Shown here one piece after another: positions 24,866-38,748 of a DNA stretch of 64,000 nucleotides. The position numbers and the translations under genes were made by a program. The stretch comes from Octopus vulgaris. Lineage: Eukaryota. Each line of letters begins with the position of its first letter. Position 1 is the first letter of the stretch. The stretch lies in NCBI GenBank assembly GCA_951406725.2, contig OX597836.1:34968001-35032000 (forward strand), given 5' to 3'. The notes beneath the pieces are model-generated. The model searched no databases and had not been told where the DNA came from. It saw only the letters and a program-made list of their open reading frames with translations.

Positions 24866-25809
24866 TATATATGAATATATATATATATATACATATACTC
24901 TTTACTCTTTTACTTCTTTCAGTCATTTGACTGCAGCCATGCTGGAGCACCGCATTTAGTCGGGCAAATCGACCCCGGGACTTATTCTTTGTAAGCCCAG
25001 TACTTATTCTATCGGTCTCTTTTGCCAAACTGCTAAGTGACGGGGACATAAACACACCAGCATCGGTTGTCAAGCAATGCTAGGGGGACAAACACAGACA
25101 CACACACACATACACACAAATATATATATATATATATACATATATACGACAGGCTTCTTTCAGTTTCCGTCTACCAAATCCACTCACAAGGCTTTGGTCG
25201 GCCCGAGGCTATAGTAGAAGACACTTGCCCACGGTGCCATGCAGTGGGACTGAACCCGGAACCATGTGGTTAGTAAGCAAGCTACTTACCACACAGCCAC
25301 TCCTGCGCCTATATATATACATATATATATATATACTCTTTTACTTGCATACTACTTTCATTTCTCTCCAGTCTATATATGACTTCTTCATTCAGAGCTC
25401 ATGTATCACTACCATGGAGTATAGCTGTTTGCACACAACCATCATACAGTCTACCTTTCACTCTGAGAGAGAGAAAGAGAGAGAGAGAGTCCTTTTGTTG
25501 CCAACAGAGGCAGTAGCTCTCTGAACTTCCTCCACCCTATTCTTATTCTAGAAATGATACTTTCAGAGCATCTGCCACCATTGCTAATTTTATCACCTCA
25601 GTAACAGAAGCTATCTACTACCTCAAGAGGAGTGGCTGTGTGGTAAGTAGCTTGCTTACCAGCCACATGGTTCTGGGTTCAGTCCCACTGTGTGGCATCT
25701 TGGGCAAGTGTCTTCTACTATAGCCCCGGGCTCACCAATGCCTTGTGAGTGGATTTGGTAGACGGAAACTGAAAGAAACCTGTCATATATGACTGAAACA
25801 AGTAAAAGA

Positions 25810-26700
25810 GAGAGAAAAAGAGAGAGCTTCCTGGGTATTTGAGAGAATTTAAGTCCTGTGTACTCTTAGTGTTTATTGTTCTGGAACATCTGCCACAAAG
25901 AAAGATGACTTTATCTGTTAATCTACCTGTGATTCCACTGCACCTCTTATGTGTCCATAGTTGACACTAAGTGCAGTGAATGAAATTTCTTATAACTTCT
26001 TTCCTACATGTTGAGCAGGGCCATTTACCTGATGGAAAGAGAGTTTTATCTTCTTTCTTACTAACAAAATGTTTAGTATTTGCTAGGTCAACAGTAAGGC
26101 ATTTTGATTCCAGGTTTTGTTTCTATACCTGGAATTTCTTCTCCAATTCTGAGATAAAAACAAGGTCATCAGCATATAGTAGTTCCCACTAGCATCCAGT
26201 TTTGAATTCCTCTGTTATGGCCTGGAGGACTATAATCAATAAGAGTGGGCTTAGAACTGAGCCTTGTACTTGTACACTAAATTCATCACTGTATTCATAG
26301 CTGACTCTCACCTTACTGACAGCACCACTGTACATGGCTTGCACAGCTCTAACAAGTGACTTCTCTATTCCTAACTTCCTTGGAGACCACCATATAACAG
26401 AGTGAGGAATTCTGTCGAAAGCTTTCTCCAGATCAACAAAGGCTGAGAACAATGGCTTACTTTTGGCCAAGTACTTTTCCTGCAGCTGTTGCACTAGGAA
26501 GATGGCATCTGTGGCACTCTTCCCAGGTACAAGACCAAACTGCATCTCATCGAGTTTAATTCTATTCCTAATCAGTTGAGCTATAACCTTCTCAGTAATT
26601 TTCATGACTTGGTCTAGCAGTTTAATACCTCTGTAATTATTTCTATCTAAGTCATCACCTTTATCCTTGTAGCAGCTAAAAACATCACCATTTTTAATCA
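25810..26700 (-). mobile_element. RTE-clade LINE reverse-transcriptase fragment
   Basis: NYRGIKLL...QFGLVPGKSATDAIF...FVDLEKAFD...QGSVLSPLL, then LLYADDL after a stop. Confidence 0.9.
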
Positions 26701-26864
26701 TCGTCATCATTTAATGTCTGTTTTCCATGCTGGCATCGTTGCTTGGATGGCTTGACAGGATTTGACAAAACCAAGAGGAGCACCTGGTTCCATAGTCCGT
26801 TTTTGGTTTGGTTTCTACAGCTGGGTGCCCTTTCCAATGCCAACCAATTTACAGAAAGTACCAG

Positions 26865-28023
26865 TGTTACGAGGGGGGACCTCCGATTCGAACTGTTACG
26901 GAATCACTCACACACAGGCCCGTTCGATGCAGCGAATAAACTACGGAAACTCGGAGAGGAGAGGAGAGATAGACACAACAACAGCAACAGCAGCACAGAG
27001 GCAATCGAGAGAGACACAAAGAGGCAAGGCACAACTGGCTTACATTTAACACTAGTTTATGACAATCAATTGTTACAACATCAAATACATTTCAGATACA
27101 TTTAAAAGAGGACATGCACGTGACAACTCAATACATCATACGGGTATACCACAGATCAAAGCATTTAAACATGCAAGTAACAATATAACCGTCCGGTCAC
27201 AACACATCAAGGTCAATACATCAGCATTTCAAAGGTACACGTCCGAAGACACAGTTCTATTTCAAAACACATCAACAAGTCATATACAGTTCAAAAGACA
27301 TTACAGGCCGAACAGTTCAATGTTCATTATACAATGTTCAAATCACAACACTGTACACAATGTCTTTACACAATTCACAATGTTCATTAAATTCTTCTTT
27401 ACTGTCTCATTTCTTTTCACTGTTCAATACATCAATTCTTTTTCCTTCTTTTTCTTCACATATCAATACACAATTCACGTACCTTTAGTTCCTACTAGAA
27501 TAGCCAGTGTCCCATATTGTAGTCCCTCTCTAACAGCCGCCTATTCCTCTGTATATATCTCTCTCTGTCCCAATGCTCCAAAACCGCCGACTGCTTAAAT
27601 TCCAACCGCTCGCCTCGACTCCCAAAAACCGACTGCTCGCTTTGACGACCGAATACCGACTGTTGCTCTATCACTACCCTCAATCTGTCTCTGCAATTAT
27701 ACTCTCTCTATCCCGCCTGGTCCTATGTCCCTATCTTTATCGACGCTGTCACTGTCATTCTCTCACAACAGCTCTCAGATCCCTTAATCTGTCTTCCTCA
27801 CTACTTTCTTCTTCCTCTTCTTCACTGTCACTAGATTCTTCCTTACTCTATCTTCCTCGGCCCTCACATCTCTCTGACCCCTAATCGACCGGCACAAGGC
27901 CAAAGGTCCCTCCAAAAGCCATTACTCTTCCAGTAAACAAAGGGCTGTAGCTTTTTATTCCACACTTGCAGGCGCCACTCCCAACAAAGTGGGTCAAGAA
28001 ATACTGTACCAGCCAAACCACAA
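26865..28023. mobile_element. ~1.16-kb non-coding insertion, candidate solo LTR, nested in an RTE 3' UTR
   Basis: Begins TGTTAC, ends ...CCACA(A), flanked by duplicated taccag; the host RTE-tail sequence resumes on both sides. Confidence 0.55.
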
Positions 28024-28304
28024 TACCAGGTACTTTTTGCACGATGCTATCACTGGTGCTTTTTATGTAACCCCATCACCAATGCTTTTTATGTGGACCA
28101 ACACCAGTGATTTTTACAGGGCCCAGCACCAGTGCTTTTTATGTGACACCAGCACCACTGCTTTTTATATGACACGATGGGCTTCTTCCATTTTCTGTCT
28201 CTGAAGTCCACTCACAAAGCTTTGGTTAACTTGGTGTTATAGTACAAGACACTTCAACCATTCCTAGCTGAAGTAATATCTGGTACATCAAAATGTTTAC
28301 TTAC

Positions 28305-28433
28305 TTTGAGTGGAGGTTTCCTTATCACATGAGCAACAAGAAAGTTCATACCAATATCTTCACAGTTAAAATTCTTCTCAGCATAGTTGTAGATGGCTCG
28401 ATGCATCATGTATGTATAAAGGTAACTGTAATG
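28305..28433 (-). CDS. EXTL3: EXTL3-like penultimate exon (HYSYLYTYMMHRAIYNYAEKNFNCEDIGMNFLVAHVIRKPPLK)
   Basis: aattag| acceptor, AAA|gtaagt donor, 129 nt; GT64 NCEDI motif. Confidence 0.92.
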
Positions 28434-31076
28434 CTAATTGATAAAACAAAGTCAATTAATATTTGTAGTAAAAATATATAAAAAATGAAATAAAATAATT
28501 AAATTTCGGATCTAAGTGGTTCCTGAGTTCAATCTTATAATGTGGGGTCTTGAACAAAAATGATCTATAGTCTTGGGTTGGTTAACCCTTTAGCATTTAA
28601 ACTGACCATTTGGATTGGATTTAATTGTCTATGTTCAGTCCGCTGCAGGATGAAGGCCTCTGCACGTTCTCTCCACCAACCATGTCCTGAGGTGGAGGTT
28701 ATTAATTTGAGCTTGAAATCATACAGGTTTGATGAGTCTACTCTGCCACACTGGCTTGGCTGAAGGGTGCAGTTGTGTTGTATACTTTTACTCAGGAGTA
28801 GTTAAATTGATTACATCGACCCCAGTGTTCAACTGGTACTTTTTTTATCGTCTCAGAAAGGATTGGAAGAAAAGCATTACAAATAGATAAGTTGCTTCTC
28901 TGAAATATTCTGGATGATAGCCTAAATCTGTTAATGAGAGTAATTATAGAAGTACTTATCAATGGCATGGTAGACCAGACCATATTGTTGTTAGCTTCTT
29001 AAGTACATTGACCGGAGCAAGGCACAATGACTCAATTAACCATGGTGAGTTAGATCATCATTGCTATGACAAGAAAAAAATGTAAAAAGACTGACTTACT
29101 TAACCCTTTAGCATTCAAATTACTCTAATCAAATATATTGATTATTTATTTACATCGTTTTGTAACTAATTACACATCACCTTGTAGCTTCAAGATTTTA
29201 ATGGTGTGTTTGTATATTTTTAGAAATACATTGTAGGGTAGATGTGAGAAGTTGGATATGGTCAATTTTTAACATAAAACAAGTAGAATATTTGGGCCAG
29301 TAATCATCATCATCACCATTATCATCGTTTAGCGTCCGCTTTCCATGCTAGCATGGGTTGGACGGTTCAACCGGGGTCTGGGAAGCCAGAAGGCTGCACC
29401 AGGCCCAGTCTGATCTGGCAATGTTTCTACGGCTGGATGCCCTTCCTAACGCCAACCACTCTGTGAGTGTAGTGGGTGCTTTTTATGTACCAGACGAGGC
29501 TGGCAAACGGCCACGATCGGACGGTGCTTTTTACGTGCCACCGGCACGGGGGCCAGCCGAGGCTGGCAACGGCCACAATCAGATGGTGCATTTTACGTTC
29601 CACTGGCACGAGACTAGTTGGGGCGGCGCTGGCAACGGCCACGTTCGGATGATTGTCTTATGTACCACCAGCACTGGTATCACAGCTGCAATTTCCATTG
29701 ATGTTGATCGATTTCGAATTTGATTTTGATTTTGGATTGGCTAGTTTAAATTTTGGATGGCTAGTTTAAATACTAAAGGGCTAAATGTGAAGGACATGTC
29801 AACTGTCTTTTATGATTTTCATTGGAAGAATGCCTTTTAATCTTAACATGAGTTACTTTCACGTGGTGAGAAGATGAAACAAAGGCTTTAATATGAATGT
29901 CTTGAGATGTTTGGTAAATGTAGTGCAAAGGAAGAGGCCTGAGACAAAGATGAATGAAACCTAGATGCTGCACCACAACACATCTATTTATATACATCAC
30001 TGCTTACTTGTAGCTTTATGACAAAGCTGAAATGACTCCCATTTTACAGCTTCCTTATTCCCTGTTTTGGCCACTGTGGACTCCCCTCCACATTTCTTAA
30101 AATCAAATCTATGTTCAAAGGTTTCCAATCTCATAAAGGCATGGCTGTTTAGTTAAAAAGCTTGCTTTGCTACGGCAAAAAACAGACCACTCTGGAAAAC
30201 CACCATCCATGAGGGAACGGCGACTTTCGAGTCGAAAAGGTCTGCAGAGCTGGAGGAGAAAAGATGACGACGGAAGGAGCGCCAACAACAACCACGTGTG
30301 ACTCTCCCTTCTGGCACTAGATGTCCGCACTGCGAACGATCTTTTCAAGCAAGAATTGGTCTCATCGGTCACCTACGAACTCACCAGTAAATGTGCGCAA
30401 AGACCATCATCCTCGACGTTGAGGGATTGCCATCATCATCATTAGTTAAAAAGCTTGCTTTGCTACCATATGGTTTCAGGTTCCGTCCCTCTTGTACTAT
30501 AGCCCTTCTCTGGACCTATGCGTTGTGAGTGAATTTGGTTGGCTGAAACTGTGAAGTAGACCATCATATACATATGTAAGCATGTGTGTGCGTCTTTGTG
30601 TTTGTTTTGTGTTTGTCCCTCATCACTGCTTGATAACCATTGTTGGTTTGTTTACATCTGCATAACATAGCAGTTTGGCAAAAGAGACCAATGGAATAAG
30701 TACCAAACTTGAAAATAAATGCTGGGGTCCATTCTTTCAACTAAATCCTTCATGGCAATGCCCCAGCATGGCCACAGTCCAAAGACTGACATAAGTAAAA
30801 GACAAGGGATAAGAGATACACACAAAAATGAGTTCCCGGATGCAATACAAAAGTAGAAAAAAATACCATTGGAAATGGTATGTCTGAGTTTGACCCTTTA
30901 GCATTTAAACTGACCATATCTGGCCTAAATATTCTACCTGTTTTAGGGTCAAACTGGCTAGATCCTGCCTCTTAGACCTATCCTACAATGCCATTCTAAA
31001 CATAAACAAGATAATGCATGATTAATTCCAAGCAATGTAAATAAATAAGCACTTCATTTGACAGAAGAATCTGAAT

Positions 31077-31329
31077 GCTAAAGGGTTAAGAAACTATTTT
31101 TAAGGGGATTATCTAATTTAATTCTAAGTAAAGCAAAAAATTTAATTGCTTTTAAGGGAGGGATATATTTCATACAGAAAAAGGAGATAAAAATATATTT
31201 TATAAAACATTGTTCCCCTTTTTTCTTTTTTTCTTCTCCTTTTTATCATCATCATTATTATTATTATTATTATTATTACTATTATTATTGTTATACATAC
31301 ATACATACATAATAATGATAATAATAATG

Positions 31330-31368
<39 letters not shown>

Positions 31369-34100
31369 GTAATAAGGGTGTAAACACATGAACAAAATAA
31401 GAATAAACAAATTACACGAACGTATATAAACAGGAGATACAAATATTAGAGGCATCCCCCTCCCCCTCACACTAACTAAACATAGACGCACATAGAGATA
31501 TACGCATGCGCAAATGAAGACACATACAATAGAAATACAAAATGGCTGACGGTTAGTAAGGAGGGACACACAAATACGAAAGAAGAAAGCAAAGGACCAT
31601 TGATGCGGTCACAGGAGTGTGACGAAAGAAATCTGGCCGAAATAAGATTAAGATTAATGCAAAAAATATATAACTTGAAGCAAACTAATACGAAATATAT
31701 AGTGAACTAATAGCATAGCCCAGCGTTGCCCGGGTATTATAGAGCCCCTAGTAGGCAACGACTAATCCCAATCTAGTCCTTTCCCTCTAGGGAACGAAGG
31801 CGCATGTGTAGGTTGCAATGTCTTCTCTTCACTCCCAAATAACTATCAAACAGCTATCGATAATTCAACCCAACCAATTCCTACCAGGAAGAAATTACAT
31901 TCGAGACTTTACCCCCAACACCGCCACTTCTGCTAATAGCAGCAAGTTATTCGAATACATTTTTTTGTTTAAACTTTCTTTATAACTACCACCCCAAACG
32001 TTTTACATTAAATGTTTGACGTACCCTAAGGGTCCTCGGACGCTACTTGCAAACTCTTGGTTTATTATAAACCGCTTTTGTCGTGTGCACCAAAAAACCT
32101 TTTCCATTCGTTTGTTCAGTTTGGTCACTTTTGACTTTTTCGTTGTTGTCACTCACATTGCTGCCCGCTTTTTTGCCGTTTTTGTACATTTTTATACATT
32201 TTGGGATACTTACCCCACGTGTTCCGAGAGTTAAAAAGGTCGAGTTGCGTCCCCTAGACAGTCTGTGGTTTGTGTTTAATTCACAAATCGATTTGCTATG
32301 TGTGCCACATATGATTTAATTAACCGATTTTTTCCAGTAATAAAGTATCCTATTGGAATAAAAAGGGCCATATAGCTCCTTGGAGCAGACATGATGCTCG
32401 CTGTGAATTTAAAAAAAAATTCCTGCCAATTTGTGAAAGATATTGTCGAAAATATGTCATCTTGAATTTGAACGCGATTTCCCAAAATGGCATGATTTTA
32501 TCGATTTTTTTCTGATGGTAAGGTATTGCATGGAAAACTAAAGCCAGAATTAAGTTTCTTAGGGTAACATTAAGCTTCACCATGAGTTTGGTGAAAATCG
32601 ATTGCAAGTTGCGAAAACTACAACAGAAAATGTGTTGCATATAAAAAGCTGATATTCTCGACCCCATGTCGAATTTATCGATTTTTTTCAGAACTGGGGA
32701 ACTTTTCAAAATTTTCGCTGCATTAGTTTTGAATTATGACATAGGGCTATGTGTGTGTCAAGTTTCATTAGAATCGGTTGAAAGCCGTGGTCAGGGTGAG
32801 GGTACAACCTGACAGACACACAGACAGACAAACTGCCGTTTATATAGAGAGAGATGCTAAAGGGTTAAGAAACTATTTTTAAGGGGATTATCTAATTTAA
32901 TTCTAAGTAAAGCAACACATTTAATTGCTTTTAAGGGAGGGATATATTTCATACAGAAAAAGGAGATAAAAATATATTTTATAAAACATTGTTCCCCTTT
33001 TTTTCTTTTTTTCTTCTCCTTTTTATCATATTCATCATTATTATTATTATTATTTTATTATTATTATTACTATTATTATTGTTATACATACATACATACA
33101 TACATACATTATAATGATAATGATAATAATAATAATATTAATAATAATAGTAATAAGTGGGTGTAAACTCATGAATAAAATAAGAATAAACAAAAACAAA
33201 TTACACGAACGTATATAAACAGGAGATACAAATATTAGAGGCATCCCCCTCCCCCTCACACTAACTAAACATAGACGCACATAGAGATATACGCATGCGC
33301 AAATGAAGACACATACAATAGAAATACAAAATGGCTGACGGTTAGTAAGGAGAGACACACAAATAAGAAAGAAGAAAGCAAAGGACCATTGATGCGGTCA
33401 CAGGAGTGTGACGAAAGAACTCTTGCCGAACTAAGTTTTCTCTGATTAAGATTAATGCAAAAAATATCTGACGGACCTCTGGGTCTCTAATCTGTTGCCG
33501 GTGTACACGTGAGCGTTCTAATAGTGCGTTTCCCGTCTGACCTACATATATTTCTTCACAATTTGGGCATTTGATGCAGTAAATTAAATTTCTGCTTTTG
33601 CAGTTCATATTCGCGTTTGTGAATATTTTCCCGGTTTTTGTGTTTATATATTGACCGGTATGTATGAATTGGCATGTGCCACATCGGCTATCATTGCATT
33701 TAGATACCGTGAATGTTTGGTCTTTGTTGCTGAGGTCAAATTTTGCCTTTGTTAGTAATGTTTTCAAGTTTTTAGGCTGTCTTTTACTAAGCACCATAGC
33801 TCGATCCTTGATTATGTCTTTTAATTCATTACTTTGGGCAATGATTGGAAGGTTTGCTTTGGCAATGTTGAAGATATTCTGGTGACATGGGTTGTGTGTC
33901 ACTATGAATGGTATGACTTGTTCTTGTTTTCCTCTTCCTTGGGTTGTCCTAAGTTGTTGTATAGGTATTTTTATAGCCCGCTGTATGCCATTTTCTATAA
34001 GTAGAGATGGGTATTTTTGTTTGAGCAAAAATTCTCTTAGTTCTATTAGGCATTTGTTCCTGATATTTGCATCTTCTACAATAGTACAAATTCTTCTGGC
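31077..34100 (-). mobile_element. Penelope-like element 3' portion (GIY-YIG endonuclease) with ~600-bp directly duplicated end
   Basis: ORF 33342-34028: CNDSRCGTC...NLIYCIKCPNCEEIYVGQTG...RSRVH. 31077-31668 repeats 32855-33467 directly. Confidence 0.85.
31705..32854 (+). mobile_element. Non-autonomous Helitron/Helentron-like element
   Basis: 5' acta...gcccagcgttgcccggg hairpin and 3' gacagacagaca...tttatatagagagagat end. Similar architecture at ~51650-52165(+) and ~55013-55520(-). Confidence 0.55.
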
Positions 34101-34497
34101 TATATATATATATATATATATAATTATAACAATGAGGGTCTTTGCAACAAGTTGCTAGACCACATACCGGAAGTATTAGAAATAGTAGTATTTCTAATAA
34201 CAGAAGTATTTCTAATACTAAATGATACCATGGCTTTCAAATAAAGAATAATAAAACAAACACCAGGTAAAAATCATATATAAAAAATATAAAGTACACA
34301 GGGCCTGCCAACAAAACTCACATAAAAGTTGACTAAAAATTATTTAAATTTGTATGCAACTATGAACATTATATTTATTTGAGCGTTGAAGGTGTTTGTA
34401 AGCCATTTAAGAAACAGACAAAAGCCATTTGCGTCAGTGAACACACGATCTCAGATCAAAACACTTGTTATACAAATACATCTCTGTAATATATTTA

Positions 34498-35063
34498 TTG
34501 GGTCGTCTAGAAAGTTTGTGCCGATTTATAATAGCTTACATTTCGACTTATTTTAGAACATGGTTGAGTCCATAAAATAGGATTTGACTACACCTCCATT
34601 TAGAGCACAGTTTAAGCTATCTTTTCGTGGAAGAAAGTTTATGTTCCTATAACCTGTGTTAATTCTGTAACCCTTTAAAATGGAAGATAAGAAAGTTCAT
34701 TTTCGGCACTTGATGATTTGGGAACCAGACAAAAATTGCTGCAGCTCAGCTGGGATGTGTTACCCCACCCTCCACATTCACCAGATATTGCTCCTTCAGA
34801 TTTCCACTTATTCAGGTCCATGCAGAATAGTCTTAATGGTAAAAATTTCAATTCCTTGGATGACGTAAAAAGATACCTTGATGAATTGTTTGCCATGAAA
34901 CCACCTCAATTCTGGGAAGATGGTATTTTCAAGTTAAAGGAAAGATGGAGATGCATTGTGCAACAAAATGGTTCATATTTGGTTGATTAAAAATGTAATG
35001 GCAAGTATTTATTGACCTTTTTCTCTCCTTTAAAAATCGGCACAAACTTTCCGGACAACCCAA
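34498..35063 (+). mobile_element. Internally deleted mariner element with both TIRs and TA TSD
   Basis: TA|ttgggtcgtctagaaagtttgtgccgattt ... aaatcggcacaaactttccggacaacccaa|TA; ORF remnant HPPHSPDIAPSDFHLF. Confidence 0.9.
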
Positions 35064-35589
35064 TAAAATGTAAACGTTAGTATAGTTATAATCCATGATA
35101 ATTGCAGGAGCATGATATGAATCTAATCGGGTAGCTAGTCGACATCTTCACGAATCATTCCAAAACGTAATTCAACATCCAACATCTATGGCCATTTCGG
35201 GAGTTCATTGTCATTGCCTCCATGCATGCTATATGCGTCTTAGGCAATGTCCCCCTCATCAGGATGAACAGAGTTTCAATGGGTTACACATTTTAAAGTT
35301 ACTGTATGGGCTTGAACTGCTATTTATAATACAACTTTTAACCGGATTAGTCCAAAAATACTAAAAAAAAAAAACCCAGTTTTTTAAAAATTTAATTATA
35401 TGGCAAACAAACTAGGTGGCTTCCATTCGTGTGAATTTAAATATCCGGTTTCAAAATCTAGTAATGTAATACTATTTAACTCCTTTAATCGTTTCCCTAT
35501 ATATTTATACAAAAGTCGAAGAAAATTTATGATTACAGGAGAGTATTAGCTCAGTGAATTTATTTAATGTTTTAGGTCCAAAAGTTTTG

Positions 35590-35946
35590 AGAATGGCATG
35601 AGATTCCCTTACAGTAACTTTACAGATTCCATGGACAGCGAGGCTCACCAATGGAGAAGTTCTTAAGCAGATCAGGCCGAAAATGTCACTAGAAGCTAGG
35701 ATCACCAAGCATAGATTGGCATATTTTGGTCATATTATGCGGAGGAAATCCCTGGAGAAGGACATCATGCTTGGAATGGTCAGTGGCAAGAGAGGAAGAG
35801 GCCGACCAAGAACCCGCTGTCTTGACACCATCAAGAGTGATACCGGAATGGACATAGCCAATCTGAAAGAAGCGGCCCAGGATAGAACTGACTGGAGGAA
35901 ACTGATCCATGGAGTAAACGAGAGTCGACTTCGACTGAGCGGATAG
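35590..35946 (+). mobile_element. RTE LINE 3' fragment
   Basis: RLAYFGHIMRR...GKRGRGRPRTR with (GATA)n tail. Confidence 0.85.
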
Positions 35947-36399
35947 ATAGATAGAACTTTAAAATGTGTAACTCTTTGAAACTCTGTTCATCCTGATGAG
36001 GGGGTCATTACCTAAAACACGTATAGCATGCATGGATGCAACAACAATGAACTCCCGAAATGGCCATAGATGTTGGATGTTGAATTACGTTTTGGAATGA
36101 TTCATAGTTGGATATAATTTTCATTTTAAATACTTTCCTCTTTAAATTTTTAGTTGATTTGCTTACTGTAATAATCTTTTTTTAGATAATTTTTAGTCAA
36201 CTTTTATATGAATTTTTAAAAACTTTATTGTACTTATCTACTGATTCTTTCCCTGGATTTGTATTGATCTATGACCATCGTTCCCTTAACGCAAATCATA
36301 AATGGCAACACGCTGAGTATATCTACTGCTAGTGGATAAAACTGGGTGAGCTTATTCTCTGTAATGGAGCTAATATTTTCAACAACCACAACTCATTCT

Positions 36400-37885
36400 G
36401 GAAATTGGCTGACGAACGGGCCGGTCAAGTTGCTCGGAGTCTGGTTCGGTTCGGACCTGCAAACGGAGAAGAACTGGGACGAGATTACCAGTTGGTTGGC
36501 CACTCTCTCCAGGCAATGAGCAGAGAGGAAGCTGTCCCTAGAAGGTCGGGCGGAGGTGGCGAACGCGTACATCGCGTCCGTCAACTACTACTACCTGACC
36601 GTCGTGCCTTGTCCCGACCCTATCATCACCAAACTGGAATGCATCTTCTTCTGTTTCTTCTGGAAAGGAAGCGTTTGGATGGTCCGGCGATCCGTTTGCT
36701 ACCAACACCTGCTGAAAGGTGGGCTGGGCATGCCGTGGTTGATGATGCGCAGACATGCCCTGAGACTGCGACATCTCCGGCTCTACGTAGACGATGGTGA
36801 ACAGATGTGGTCACCGTTTGCTTGAAGCGCTTTCCCGCAGCTGGTCTCCATGACCGAGCTGCAGTTGTGGATCAAGAAGAGGCCGAGGAAGAGCGAATGG
36901 CACCGCGAGTGTCGCGTTACTCTGGGGCAACTCTGTCGACCTCGAGCGACTTCAACACAACCAAAGCATTCTATAGGGATTAGAAGAAGGGATGTACGAC
37001 GAAGATCTCGGGGCGAACCTGGGTGTCGACGGGGAATACCTGACCCGCCTGTTCAAGACGACTTTCGGGTCGGGACCTATGGACAACTTCCAGAGATCCC
37101 TGGCCTGGCAGTGCTATCGATTCGGGATAAGCTCTACAAGCATGGCTCGAGACACACCGGGCCGACCTGCCCAAGATGTGGTCAGAGCGATGAAACCATT
37201 TTGCACGCACGCAGTGCAGTATCCAACCATTTCCGACCTGTGGGCTTATGTCGATTGACTGCTGTCACGTGTGGGACAAGTCAGTTTATCAGCCGAGTCT
37301 ACCTTCAATATTGTCACGCCTCATTCCTTCAAACGGGAACGAAGAGCTATTCTCATCGTACTTGTGTCTATGGCGAAAGAATGTATCTGGTGGATGCGTC
37401 TGAAAAGATTAGAAACAAACACTTTTCTCTCTGGTCAATCCCTCATCAACTTCTTCAAGTATCACTTGAAAAGTGAGGTGAGAGCAGAGAGGTAAGTTTT
37501 ATCTAGTAGCAAGAATGGCACATGTGAATGACGAAGCCACCTTGAGCATGACTCTATGAGCTGGAAAAAAAATTATACTGAGAGTTACTTACTTGTAAAT
37601 AGATGTGTTAATATGTGACATTATTGCCCGAGGTTACCATGGTCTTTTCGTAGGTTTTTCTTTCCACGGATAAACCTCCCCATTTTTGGGGAACTTTTTG
37701 TAGTATTAAAATTTTTTTTTGTATATCCCAAACGATTTCGGTCCCTTTTGATCGGTGTCCCTAAATTTGTTTTTTAAAATTTTATCTTGTTTTCGCCCCA
37801 CTCCCCTCGAAAAGGAAAACTCTACATTGCATTTGTCCCCTCTATGTTCAGCCCTGTGTAGCTAATAAAGAAAATTATCTATCTG
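36400..37885 (+). mobile_element. L1/Tx1-type LINE 3' fragment (post-RT region and zinc knuckle)
   Basis: FFWKG...VC...KGGLG and CPRCGQSDETILH; GC-rich relative to flanks; ends aataaagaaaattatctatct. Confidence 0.75.
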
Positions 37886-37904
37886 TCTATGCGTGCGCGC
37901 CCAC

Positions 37905-37972
<68 letters not shown>

Positions 37973-38561
37973 ATATAGATACACTTTCAAACACATATAC
38001 ACCTAAATTTATATGTTACTATAATTCCAGCCAAATGTATAGCAGAATCTAATATATAATATATGATTAGCATGTCTGAACATGTTACTTCAAACTTACT
38101 TTAATCGTAAATAATATATCACATTTGAATAAGAAGCTTGATAAGACAGATTTTCTGGCCGAGTGCACAGCTTTTGAATAGCAAAACAGGTGTAGCCTAG
38201 CAGGAGAGGAAGGGGTACTTGGATACAATCTGTTTGGATCACAAGAATGGGCTTGCTGTGAAGCCAGCAAGAGATATCTTGAAGTTAGTGTGTATCATTA
38301 ATGTGGGGCCCCTGCGGGGAAGTGACGTGTAGTGGTGTCATCCTCTTTAACTCTTTTACTTGTTTCAGTCATTTGACTGCGGCCATGCTGGAGCACCGCC
38401 TTTAATCGAGTAACTCGACCCCGGGACTTATTCTTTTGTAAGCCCAGTACTTATTCTATCGGTCTCTTTTGCCGAACCGCTAAGTAACGGGGACATAAAC
38501 ACATCAGCGTCGGTTGTCAAGCAATGCCAGAGGGACAAACACAGACACACAAACACACACA

Positions 38562-38609
<48 letters not shown>

Positions 38610-38713
38610 GTTAATCCAAACAAGAAAACACAGAAAAAAAGAGAAAAAAAACAGCAACGCAGGACGTGGAACAATTAAAGTATTATTGACGCTCAGGAAA
38701 GAAGGGAAGGAGG

Positions 38714-38748
38714 GTTTAACGTTTCGAGCGGAGCTCTTCGTCGGAAAC
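38714..38748 (-). ncRNA. Minimal hammerhead-like motif with variant core (CCGACGA)
   Basis: On -: gttt-CCGACGA-a-GAGC-tcc-GCTC-GAAAC-GTT-aaac. Lies in a ~210-bp insertion within the (TA)n of a family-A SINE. Confidence 0.5.

Noticed and set aside
27059-27884. 179-aa and 103-aa ORFs inside the LTR-like insert
   Set aside because: Low-complexity composition and no recognisable motifs.
38085-38320. Candidate for the missing EXTL3 exon (AG/GT-bounded stretch on -)
   Set aside because: No frame resembles VW..IVGF..LTGAAF.HK, and the required frame hits a stop.
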